64,000 bases of DNA, taken from assembly GCA_963843555.1 (NCBI GenBank), contig CAWJKV010000005.1:128001-192000 (forward strand), in the 5' to 3' direction. Below, piece by piece: positions 11,901 through 20,896 of the stretch; within the stretch, counting starts at the first letter, position 1, and each line of letters begins with the position of its first letter. The notes under the pieces are model-generated. The model searched no databases, was not told the origin of the DNA, and was given only the letters and a program-made list of their open reading frames with translations. A program made the position numbers and the translations under genes. The stretch comes from an uncultured Methanosarcinales archaeon (GTDB taxonomy: Archaea > Halobacteriota > Methanosarcinia > Methanotrichales > Methanotrichaceae).

Positions 11901-12582
11901 CAGACTCCCCTGTACGATTATCGGCCCAGACTACGTTGTTTCCGTTCACAGAAGGAAAAGATTGATCATTGGGCCCTGTGGAGACGGGTGTTTCTTGGCC
12001 GGATGCGATATCATACAGGTAGATATCAAAGTCTCCCGTACGCTTGTCCATCCAGACTATTTTGTCTCCGCTGATCCGAGGCTCGATCTGCTCTCCCTTG
12101 GCTGAGGATAAGACCTGCTCTTTTTTGGTCGACATGTCCAGAAGATGAATCTGGTAGGTGCCTGCGCGGTCATCAGCCCAGACTACGCGATCCCCGCTGA
12201 TATCCGGTTGGGTCTGGTTTCCAGCGGCGGTTGTAACCGCGGACTCAGTCCGGTTGATGACATCGTACATGTAGATGTCTCCATTCCCGGAGCGCATGTC
12301 CAGCCAGACAATGCGCTCGCCTGATACGGCTGGATTGATCTGGAAGAAGGGATTGATGCATACCCATCTCTCCACTCCCGTCTCCAGATCGTACATGAAT
12401 ATGTCGTAGTTTCCGCTCCGGTTATCCGACCAGGCTACAATATGTCCATCTATGGATGGTTGCATCTGCTCGGAGCCCCCCACAATGGCTATGGGGCGCT
12501 CTTTTCCAAACTCCGCCCCGATGGCAGCGCTTGTATAGAGAAGTGCCGCCGTCATGATCAAAATCAAGATTGCCTTTTGCAT
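8938..12582 (-). CDS. Secreted cell-surface protein built of Methanosarcinales-type beta-propeller repeats
   Basis: Signal peptide then 28 ~40-aa repeats of 'P.I.G..IVW.D.R.G..DIY.YD'. Confidence 0.92.
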   Translation of the reverse strand: MQKAILILIMTAALLYTSAAIGAEFGKERPIAIVGGSEQMQPSIDGHIVAWSDNRSGNYDIFMYDLETGVERWVCINPFFQINPAVSGERIVWLDMRSGNGDIYMYDVINRTESAVTTAAGNQTQPDISGDRVVWADDRAGTYQIHLLDMSTKKEQVLSSAKGEQIEPRISGDKIVWMDKRTGDFDIYLYDIASGQETPVSTGPNDQSFPSVNGNNVVWADNRTGESDIAFIDLTTKKTTTLSKPGVQTDPRIYGKYIVYLNNHTEINLYDISTGTDSGLAPGSIKMEPAISDRGVVWTDYRQGQTDSNIQMYDFEILADVSITSEPFNHTNPSISGENIVWTDNRNGNFNVYLFNTATNEETSITNSDFDHSSPDISGDNVIWTDKSKGNLNIFLYNLLSKETTQVTADSSDHRYGMIDGNNIIWIDERSGGEQIYNYDIATGKERQITTVQSLKLSPVINDDKIVWIDSRSGEDKWDVYLYNLTSGKEIPICTNPARQAQPWIWGDTVVWADGRNENWDIYVYDLVTKTERAVIINPANQGNPMVYGDYLAWLDVRQGDSDIYLYDLAKRVEVPLATLPNQQTPNDGKGDPDQVKPYLSSKIISDNKIVWMDNSNGYSQIKMRYINSDPLLLLNTDFPNTNGSLLVWSDNRRGNWNIFGFDFSTRAERPISRGEYDQLYPKASGDKVVFADYRNGDGDIYLKNLATGVESALVTGKGDQIWPSISNDRVVWQDNSSGNWDVYMRDLSTGETVPVYKGSGQQMYPIISGDLVVWQDNRNGDFDVYVKDLNLGSETKLTGDGDQLYPDISGNTIAWEDGKTKDISYYFWDQKWGKTYPRPGEQTNPVVSSKYIAYVDDAGTNASIRKLDLSNWKDELVQAGPGQVKPSMDKKLVWLNTESGRPRSVPVTAGQTSVICKAPGDQSQPVVGGNDQVGYYVAWMDNRTGNPDIYVYSLNQEIELPIAASPYEDMNPDISGSIIGWVARNPQNQYGIEDYWSIRTFDISIDNSSELVFGLENATSISLSPDYLAYLRNTYFGRMVYVRPLFEKEVSPEAPPSGTNPRAGKDLVVYQDNKKGNWDIWLWKQGQKPVMLVSDANDQTNAATDGNTVVWQDNRNGNWDIYAYDLKTSKETQITKDLTDQTNPDVENGVIVWQDKRNGNWDIYVYDQNVASEKAICTDAGNQTEPRIRTGRIVWTDDRNGDKDIYIYENYMP

Positions 12583-12748
12583 CTTATCACTCTGTGTTCA
12601 TCTGTGACGCTTTCCTTTTGCGATATCCATAATGGTGTTTCTGGCGAACTAATATATGGACTTTTCTCGACGTTTGTCGTGAATCGACTAAAGGGACAAT
12701 TCTATATGATTTTGACACAAGAGAAGACAATCTCTCCGGAATCCCGGG

Positions 12749-14561
12749 CTAACGGATCATGGTTCTTCCCAGAGTTACCAGGAAAAGGGCCAGGAGCAGC
12801 CAGCCCAAGATAGACTCTATTGTAGCCATGTAGCGGCAGGCGCCTACAGGATACCATTTCACCTGCGTCCTGGCTGTGAAGACCATGGCGCTGAAGTAGA
12901 GGTTGTCCAGGAAGGTGAGATTCTCCTGTGCGCCAAGGCTGGCGCCGGAGCCGTTCAACGGCTCCACCACAATTCCTTCTCCCTGCCAGAAAAGGAAAGC
13001 GAAAAGAAGGATCAAAAAGCAGCTCAAAAATATGGTGTACCTGGGGCGAACGCCGTAGCCGCAGGAGATCCAGGCCAGGCCGTCCAGGAGCTTGGACCAG
13101 TTTATCTTTGCCTCTCTATCGGCCCGAACGATTAAGGACTTGCTGGACTGGCTCATGCGCCGATAATGGTAGTAGCAGTCGTCTGCGTCCTCAAACCATT
13201 CCAGATTCTTGAAATTCTTGGTCAGAGCGAGATATGCTGCGCCGTCGTAGATCAGGTGATCAGATAGATTCGGCCATCTGGCCTCCAGACGGATGAATTC
13301 GGCGTTATGCAGAGATATCTGTCCGGTGAAACTGGCATCGGAGAGGCGCATAACTTGAATTTTTGCACTTTCAAGATCCAGATCCTTTCGAAATTTTGCG
13401 CCTGTGAAGTATGCCGTCTTTGTAAACTGTGTTCCCTGGAAGGATGCCTCTTCCTGGAAGTCTGCGGAGTCAAAGTGAGCTTTTGCCTGGAACTCTGATG
13501 AGGAAAAGGATGCGTCCCTGCAAAACCGGACATGTCTGAAGTCCGAATCCATTGAAAAGACAGCATCCTGGAATTGGGCCGCTCCACCAAAGATTGCCTC
13601 CTCAAAGATCACGACCCCCTGGAACCTGGCACGGGAGAAGTTGACACTTCCCTCGAAATGAGATCCCATAAAGCTGGATTCGCCAAAGACGGCTTCTCTG
13701 AACTGAACATCACCTTTCAGGACGGCATCAATGAAGTTGACATTATTCAGTTGAACACGAAAGAAGTTGGCATTTCCTGATATGGATGATCCAAGAAATA
13801 TGACATTTCCCTGAAACCTGGCAAATTCCATATTAAGCTCTTCTCCGAAGCTTGCGCCCCGAAAATCGGCGTTTCCGGAAAGTACGGCGCTCTGAAAGCT
13901 GGCGTAACCCACGAATTTGGCTCCCTGGAAGTTGGCGTCATTGAGGAAGTCTGCCTTCCAGAAACTTGCCGCCCGGTCGAAAGTCGCCAGCCTGAAGTTG
14001 GCAGTTCCTGAGAACCTGGTCCCGGTGAAATCGGCATCTTCCCGGAAGCTCGCCTCACCGAAGTTGGTGCATAGCTCGCAAAAGCTGGCGGAGCCAAAGC
14101 TGGCCAGGCAATCGAAAACGGCATTGCCGAAGTTAGCGATAGCCGAAAAGGAGGCCCCCTGGAATCGGGCCTCGCGGGCAAATTTTGCATCTCTGAAAGT
14201 GGCATATCTCTTGAAGCCTGCGGCCTCGAATCTGGCTCCATTCTGGAAGGATGCTCCTTTGAAGCGCACCTCCTGGCCGAAGATCGAGCCGCAGAAGTCC
14301 AGAGGCTCCTGAAACCGGGCACTGGGCAAAGCTCACTTTGCCATGAAATTCGCAGTTCCTTATCTGGATCCGGGAGGAGACAACCGAGGCCGTCTGTGTC
14401 TGGCCGGGCGGGCGCTCGCAGTGAACGAGGGGCAGATCGAGTTCGGATATGTCGATGTCACCGACTATTGCCACATGATCAAAAATAACCGGATCACCAT
14501 TTTCGATCCGGTCCAGAATCTCGCGGGCTTCAATTACAGGAAGATGCGACTCTTCAGCTAT
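12749..14561 (-). CDS. Pentapeptide-repeat protein with C-terminal two-TM ion-channel-like domain (frameshift near 14330)
   Basis: Long 'A.F.gA.F' repeat region; C-terminal GYGVRP-TM-LYFS...-TM; N-terminal part (AEESHLPVIEAREILDRIENGDPVIFDHVAIVGDID) lies in the frame of ORF 14133..14474. Confidence 0.85.
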
Positions 14562-14680
14562 TTTTATCGCCTCGATGGATAGCAGATCGGTTAAGAGTTA
14601 TAATCCTGATTGTTGGCGCCCAATTAGCAATGACTATATATTCCTTCTGTCAACCCTAACCACACCGGGAGGAACTCTAG

Positions 14681-15902
14681 TTGAAGGATTATCTCACAAT
14701 GGATGACATCATACTCGATAACAAAAGGGTCCTGGTAAGAGTGGACTTCAACTCTCCCATGGACCCCAGCGGAAATATCCTGGATGATAAGCGCATCAAG
14801 AGCCATTTAGATACTTTGCGTGCTTTGGAGGACTGCCGGGTGGTCCTCATGGCGCATCAAAGCCGGGCCGGAAAGAAGGACTATACCACACTAGAGGCTC
14901 ATGCCCGCGTGGCGACGAGACTTTTGCGCCGCGATGTCGTCTATATTGACGACATCTTCGGATCTCACGCCCGGGAGGCTGTAAAGTCCCTGATGCCGGG
15001 AGAGGTCCTTCTCCTGGAGAATACCCGCTTTTATGCCGAAGAGAATATGAACCGCACGCCTGCGGATCATGCCAAGAGCCACATGGTGAAGAAGCTGGCA
15101 CCTTTATTCGATCTCTTCATAAACGATGCCTTTGCCGTTTCACATCGTTCTCACTGTTCCGTGGTCGGCTTCACCGAGGTGTTACCGAGCGTTGCCGGGA
15201 TTCTCATGGACAAAGAGATCACGGCGCTGGATAAGGGTTTGAAGGGGAATGAGCACCCAACGGTCTTCGCTCTGGGCGGCACGAAGGCAGACGATTCCAT
15301 TAAAGTCACTAAAAACGTTCTTGGTCGCGGCGGAGCCGATAAGATTCTGACCTCCGGGGTCGTTGCCACCGTCTTCCTGATGGCGGCAGGCATTGATGTT
15401 GGCGAAGCCAACCGCAAGTTCGTAGAGGATCAGGAGTATCTGGAGCAGATTCCCATTGCAGCAAAGCTGCTCAAGGATTATCCGGGCAAGATTGCCATGC
15501 CTGTCGATGTAGCCCTGAACAAAAATGGAGAGCGTGTCGAGGTCGCCGTGGATAAGATTCCCGCAGATCTGCCCATAGCGGACATTGGTCTTGAGACCAT
15601 CGTCAACTATTCCCGGGATTTGAAGGAAGCCAAGGTTACTGTTACTGAACGGGCCAACGGGGATATTCGAGCAGGAGAAGTTCCGGCTGGGCACGTCAGA
15701 GCTTCTAAAGGCAGCAGCAGAGTCGGGCTACTCCATTGCCGGCGGCGGGCATAGTGTAGCGGCCATCGAGCAGCTCGGCCTCGAGTCCCAGGTTCTCCCA
15801 TGTGAGCATGGGCGGAGGCGCGAGCATCACCTATCTCTCCGGCGAGCCATTGCCGGGCATTGAAGCCCTGAAGAAGGCCGCCATTCGCTGCGCAAGGCTT
15901 GA
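14681..15902 (+). CDS. pgk: Phosphoglycerate kinase (apparent frameshifts near 15640, 15790 and probably 15890)
   Basis: RVDFNSP, HQSR.G, LLENTRF, NDAF..SHR, LGG.K; the C-terminal LNGP.GIFE, AGGGHS, HVSMGGGA and G.PLPGI motifs appear in successive shifted frames. Confidence 0.93.
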
Positions 15903-15919
15903 TGAGTTTGAAGGATGTC

Positions 15920-16866
15920 TTCAGACCGGCTTGAAGTCTCTCTGCCACCTTTTTTTTGCACTCCAGCAAAAGGGCCCGGGACTCACCTCCCGCCTCCAGG
16001 GCGGCTGCGGCCCTGTGGCCCCCTCCATCGCCGCCGTGGGCCTTGCCAACCTCTCCCAGAAGTTCATTGAGGTTCAGGCCCGTTCTGACTGCCGCCCGGC
16101 TGGATCTGGCGCTGATGCGAACCCGGTCGCCATGCTTTCCGGCGGCAAAGGCCACATCTGCGCCCAGGTCCACCAGGGCCATAGCCGCGGAGCCCTCAAA
16201 GGAGTTGATCTCTGTGCTGGCGACCAGCCAGTCTCCCTGACGTTCGATCTCGGCGCGGGAGGCGGCTTTGAGGACGGCTATCCTCTGGGAGAGGTCCTGG
16301 GGAACGGACAGGGCTTGCAGCGCCTCTTCGTAATCAAATTTGCCCAGTTCCAGCAGCTCGGCCGCCGCCCGGAAGGACTCAGGTGTTGCCCTTTTGAAGC
16401 GGCCGGTGTCGGAGATCATGCCCACAAGAAGGCCCAGAGCCATGTTTCTGGTCACCATCTTCCCGTTCTCCTTTAAAATCGTCCAGACGATCTCAGCTGT
16501 GGATTTATTGGGCTTCTGTATGTAGAACTGCGCCCCATCCCGTATTCCTTCGTCCAGGTGGTGGTCTACCAGTGCATACTTCTCCAGGCGGATTTGGCCC
16601 AGCTGGAGACGGACAGCCGTGTCTACCACAACAGTGAGGTCGTATGCATCGGCCTTCGGGTTTATGAGGACCTCGGCTCCGATGATATTGGCCGCGGCTT
16701 CTCCTGCGCGGCTCAGGTCGTCCACGGCAGCTACTGTTCCGCCGAAGGCCCGGGCGAGGGCAAAAGCACTGCCTATGGCGTCGGGATCGGCGTTGCGGTG
16801 GCAGAGGTAGAGGACGTTGTTGTATTTGCCGATATGGATGCCAAACTCGGACTCGCTAATGCGCAT
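15920..16866 (-). CDS. DHH family phosphoesterase (NrnA-like, DHHA1 domain); true 3' end uncertain
   Basis: HRNADPDAIGS, VDT, VDHH, STAEI, DTGRF, GGGH.AAA motifs; the track ORF runs on into pgk (to 15607), probably an artefact. Confidence 0.9.
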
Positions 16867-16982
16867 GGAATAGTTGGGATGTTTGAGAATTGATATAGGT
16901 TGTCCAGGCAGAGAATGATGAATTTATTGAGGGAAACTATAGAACCCAAAAATTTATGCACTTTGCCGCCGCAATAATAGTT

Positions 16983-17618
16983 ATGCGATTCGAGAATCGA
17001 GCTGAAGCAGGAAAACTGCTCGCAAAAGCCCTGGCCAAATATGAATCTCTTGATATGGTGATATTTGCGCTGCCCAGAGGCGGTGTGGTTTTGGGCTACG
17101 AGATCGCCCGTCGTCTCCATTCGCCCCTGGATTTACTTATAACCAGAAAGATCGGCTACCCGGGAAACGAGGAGTGTGCCGTCTGTGCGGTTGCGGAAGA
17201 TGGGGAGATGATATGCGACAGCAACGCTTCTCGCCTGGATCAGGAGTGGCTCCGACAACAGGCGGAAAAAGAGAGGGACGAGGCCAAAAGGAGGCGGCAG
17301 GTGTATCTCGCCGGCCGAGAACCCATTTCTGTAGATGGAAAGGTGGCCGTAATCGTTGATGACGGCGTGGCGACGGGCCTTACCATTCTGCTGGCCATTA
17401 TGGTGCTGAAGAACCGCCACCCCAAGAAGATCATCGTGGCGGTTCCAGTATCCTCTCCAGATGCGGCAGCGAGGATTCGAGCCGAGGCCGACGAGCTGGT
17501 TGCTCTGGATGTGCCCCAATACTTTATGGCCGTGGGTGAGCATTATGAGCAGTTTCCTCAACTCAGCGATGAGGATGTCATCCGCTATATGAATCTGGCA
17601 GAGGACTTGGGCTCTTGA
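16983..17618 (+). CDS. Phosphoribosyltransferase family protein (COG1926-like)
   Basis: F.NR.EAG..LA, LPRGGV, RKIG.P, IVDDGVATG PRPP-binding motif, AVPV. Confidence 0.92.
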   Translation: MRFENRAEAGKLLAKALAKYESLDMVIFALPRGGVVLGYEIARRLHSPLDLLITRKIGYPGNEECAVCAVAEDGEMICDSNASRLDQEWLRQQAEKERDEAKRRRQVYLAGREPISVDGKVAVIVDDGVATGLTILLAIMVLKNRHPKKIIVAVPVSSPDAAARIRAEADELVALDVPQYFMAVGEHYEQFPQLSDEDVIRYMNLAEDLGS

Positions 17619-17657
17619 GGTGGTGTCTTTTCAAAATCGACCGTACATCTTATGCGC

Positions 17658-17932
17658 ATGCTCAATGGGGTAAGCTACCACGGAAACTCCACAAACTCGC
17701 CTTCTTCCACGATCCGTTCCATATCCCGAAAGAATCTGGGCCCTTTTCTCGAAGGAGAAAAGGAAAACAGATAAGCGTGCTGATGAAAGGCGGAAAATTC
17801 CAGCCTGTTTCCGGCAAGCTGGTGGACTTTGATGAATCTGCTCTTGTCCTTGAACAGAAGAATGGAGATCAATATCTGTTTGATATCGACTACGTGATCA
17901 GCGTGGCCGACTTCGAAGAGAAGACGGATTGA
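17658..17932 (+). CDS. Small Sm/Hfq-like fold protein (apparent frameshift near 17752; start uncertain)
   Basis: Reconstructed ...NLGPFLE/RKGKQISVLMKGGKFQPVSGKLVDFDESALVLEQKNGDQYLFDIDYVISVADFEE matches the Sm1/Sm2 pattern. Confidence 0.55.
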
Positions 17933-18052
17933 GTGGTCAGGGCCCGAATGGAACGTTTATTTTGGCCTCTATTTTCTCATTTTGCACTTACTGTGATCTC
18001 TTCGGCCTTCCGAATCCATCCTGCCTTTTCCCCTCATCTCATTTTGCCGGAT

Positions 18053-18694
18053 CTAAGCACGGTAACCGATGCTGACTCGCCCGGACTGGCTATCCTTCTG
18101 CATGACGCTGCTTTTCGTTGCATCAATTACAGCGACGTTTCCGCCGGATGCGGTCCTTTCTTCCGCCATCTCTTTCAACAGGTTGCCCTTCGATCCTTCC
18201 GGGATGGCTGGCTCTTGCCACCAGGTGGTGGGATCGAATTCATTCTTTTTGTCGTCATCGAGCTTGGCATAGCCGGCGTCTACAATGATTCTGTTGACGG
18301 GCGGCCAGATAGGCCTGTATTCCGAATCCATCAGATAGACTACACAGATCAACTGGCTCCATTCATTCCGTCCGCTGGCGGTGCTGTTATCGATGTCGAT
18401 AAATACTGTCTTATTCTTCAGCAGGGAATTGGCATATTTCTTGGCAGCTTTCCCTTCCGGGGTTACCGTCGAGGGAGAGATGATATCGGCCAGCCTTATG
18501 CTGTCGACGTTGTTTGTCCTGGGGTCCGAAATAATGATTTCGATTCCCAGCGAGTCGCCGCTGATGACGCTTACGACGCGCCCTACTGCCTCTTCAGGAA
18601 CGCCCACCGCCACTGGAATAAATGCGGCTTGAATAAATAAAAATATTAATAATAGCGTACCAAATGATAATTCCCTAGACCACTTCATGTCCAC
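18053..18694 (-). CDS. Exported thermonuclease (SNase)-fold protein with degenerate active site
   Basis: Signal/TM segment, then VVSVISGDS, IRLADI.SP, G..AK.Y...LL..K.V.ID.D, VN..IV..GYA, NEFDP..WW. Confidence 0.85.
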   Translation of the reverse strand: MDMKWSRELSFGTLLLIFLFIQAAFIPVAVGVPEEAVGRVVSVISGDSLGIEIIISDPRTNNVDSIRLADIISPSTVTPEGKAAKKYANSLLKNKTVFIDIDNSTASGRNEWSQLICVVYLMDSEYRPIWPPVNRIIVDAGYAKLDDDKKNEFDPTTWWQEPAIPEGSKGNLLKEMAEERTASGGNVAVIDATKSSVMQKDSQSGRVSIGYRA

Positions 18695-18847
18695 CTCGAC
18701 CCGTATCTCGATTTCCCTTATGTTGCAGGCATCCTGAAGAATTTGCCCCCCTGGAATTGCTTTATGGAATTCTGCTTAAAGACAATTCCGCCTGAATGGC
18801 ATTCATATTCGATTCAGATTCCGCCAGAGAAAACCGGACAGGATCAC

Positions 18848-19397
18848 TCAGGTATAGGCCAAACAGTACTTGCAGCTCGCCTGAAACGAACAGGAACTGC
18901 ATCTTCTCTTCTGATCGTGATCTCTCGTCGGGCATCCTGATCTCATGGATCTGCTTCATTTCTTTGACGACTCCAATCAGATCAGAGCGAAGAGGTTCAT
19001 CAAAAATTATTTTATTCTGTTTTCCGTCTGCGTATACGATAATCCCGTAGGGCACGGATTTGTGATAGGTCTCTTCAACGAGAAGACAGTATGCCGCCAG
19101 TTGCAGGACATGGTTTCTGTAGGGCTTGGCCGCCCGTCCGCTCTTGATCTCAATGGGAATCAAGCCACCGTATCTCTTATCGCTGATTATATAATCCGGC
19201 TTGCCGCTGATGCCCAATTTTTTGGAAAATAGAGCTTTTGCCGGGCGGTCCAGATCGGAGTAGATCACCCTTCCATGTGGAATCCCGTACTTCAGTCGAA
19301 TCGATTTTGCAGCACCCGATTCTCTATTGGAGAGAAAATGCGAGAATATTGCCAGAAGCAAGAGCGACAAAATCAGAAGCTCTGTCGTAAGAACCAC
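18848..19397 (-). CDS. cas4: Cas4-like PD-(D/E)xK nuclease, catalytic part with N-terminal TM anchor (frameshift near 18940)
   Basis: GISGKPDYI, IPIEIKSG, HVLQLAAY motifs; shifted frame gives the tail PTRDHDQKRRCSSCSFQASCKYCLAYT-TGA (18848) with C-x2-C-x5-C. Confidence 0.88.
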
Positions 19398-19645
19398 CCT
19401 ACGAGCAAAATCGCAAAGAGCGCTGAAGAGTACTCCAGGACGCGAAATGCCCTGGAAGCGCTATCCTTTTTCTGAAGGAGAGATAGCCTCTTGCCGGCTC
19501 CGATGTGCTCTCGAATTCCTCTCTCCAGGTAGGGAGATCTTGGTGATGCCCCCATTCTTTTCAGGTACCAGGAAACAGGGCAATACACGTATTGCGATAT
19601 CTCAGATGCTGCTATTACCTCGCTCTTGTTGGTACGCTTTGCCAT
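19373..19645 (-). CDS. Small membrane protein equivalent to the N-terminal part of Cas4 (first Fe-S cysteine)
   Basis: IAASEISQYVYCPVSWYL...LERG..EH equals the Cas4 N-terminal S-x-x-x-x-Y-x-x-CP...G...H motif, followed by a C-terminal TM helix; overlaps the downstream gene by 25 nt. Confidence 0.85.
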   Translation of the reverse strand: MAKRTNKSEVIAASEISQYVYCPVSWYLKRMGASPRSPYLERGIREHIGAGKRLSLLQKKDSASRAFRVLEYSSALFAILLVGWFLRQSF

Positions 19646-19740
19646 AATGATTTTTATGCAGACCCTGATTGCAGATAAAGCTATTTCAGATATTTTCCGG
19701 ATAGACATATTAATGATCTGCATTCATAGGTTTCCCTGAG

Positions 19741-20745
19741 ATGCCGGACAAATCCTTAGGTCTAAAGGTTGAACGAATCTATGGCGAACAATTTCGCAAG
19801 GCCCTGGTGGAGATGAATTCCTTCGACCGCTCCCGCAAGATAAGATCGGACAAATCCCATATCCATCTGCCCATTCTGGAGATGGGCGACCAATCGAAAG
19901 CCAGGCTTCGCCAGATAGCAGAGTTTGAACTCCTGCAACTGGATTTTGAGCAGGAAGAGCACATACAGACCCTCGAGGAAATGCTGGGCTTTCGGCCCAG
20001 TTTTGAGGTGGTGGGCGACATTGCCATGGTGGAGGATAGCGAAGCGGATAAGGTGGCTCTTGCCCTCATGTCCACCAGCAAAAACATAAAAACCGTAATT
20101 GCTCCCATCTCCGACGTGGAAGGGGAGTTTCGCACCCGTCGCTTCAGGCATGTGGCGGGAGAGCCGGGCACAGTTACCACCCATAAGGAGCACGGCCTGC
20201 GCTACCGGGTAGACCTGGAGGGAGCCTATTTCACGCCCCGCCTGGGTACGGAGCGGCTCAGGATCGCCGGCCTCGTGCAATCCACCGATGTCGTGCTGGA
20301 TATGTTCGCAGGAGTCGGGCCGTTCGCGCTGCTTCTGGCCAGGAGATGCTCCCGCGTTATTGCCATGGATAAAAACCCCGTTGCGGTGAAGTTCCTGCGC
20401 GAGAACGCCCGCCTGAATAAGATCGAGAACATCGAGATCCTGGTGGGAGATGCGAGTGTCCTGGCCTTGCCCTACGAGAATACGGCCGACCATGTCATCA
20501 TGAACCTTCCCCATAGCGCTTCTCTCTTCCTCCTTCCGGCAATTAGGGCAGCGAAGCCCGGAGGCGCAGTCCATTACTACTGCATAGCATCCGAAGATGA
20601 TCTCTACAAAGACGAGGCTCTGATAAAGGATGCAGCATTAAAGACGGGGGCCTCGGTCGAGGTTCTTTACAGGGGCATAGTGAGAAGCTATGCGCCTCAC
20701 AGACACAACGTGGTCTTAGACTTCGTGGTTCATAAATCCCAATAA
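19741..20745 (+). CDS. trm5: tRNA (guanine37-N1)-methyltransferase, Trm5/Met-10 family
   Basis: SFEVVGDIA, GEFRTR, HKE.G, YF.PRL.TER.R, DMFAGVGPF, IMNLP motifs. Confidence 0.9.
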   Translation: MPDKSLGLKVERIYGEQFRKALVEMNSFDRSRKIRSDKSHIHLPILEMGDQSKARLRQIAEFELLQLDFEQEEHIQTLEEMLGFRPSFEVVGDIAMVEDSEADKVALALMSTSKNIKTVIAPISDVEGEFRTRRFRHVAGEPGTVTTHKEHGLRYRVDLEGAYFTPRLGTERLRIAGLVQSTDVVLDMFAGVGPFALLLARRCSRVIAMDKNPVAVKFLRENARLNKIENIEILVGDASVLALPYENTADHVIMNLPHSASLFLLPAIRAAKPGGAVHYYCIASEDDLYKDEALIKDAALKTGASVEVLYRGIVRSYAPHRHNVVLDFVVHKSQ

Positions 20746-20896
20746 GGGTTATGGATTCTTTGCCGAACCTTTCTACCCATCTTTCCTCCCGAAAGACGCT
20801 TTTCCGCCTATTACCGAAAGAACTAATAAGCTTAGTCGATTAAATAATCCGAATCTGGAGCAACAAAATCGAGGCGTAAGAATAGCGAGGGAGCGG

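Noticed and set aside
15607..16476. Apparent long overlap between pgk and the DHH gene, and the 224-aa ORF 15802..16476
   Set aside because: Explained by frameshifts near the two stop codons; only the first ~30 aa of that ORF are the PGK C-terminus.
18762..18940. Track C-terminus of the Cas4 ORF lacking cysteines (suggesting a cluster-less Cas4)
   Set aside because: The C-x2-C-x5-C tail is present in the adjacent frame, ending at TGA 18848.
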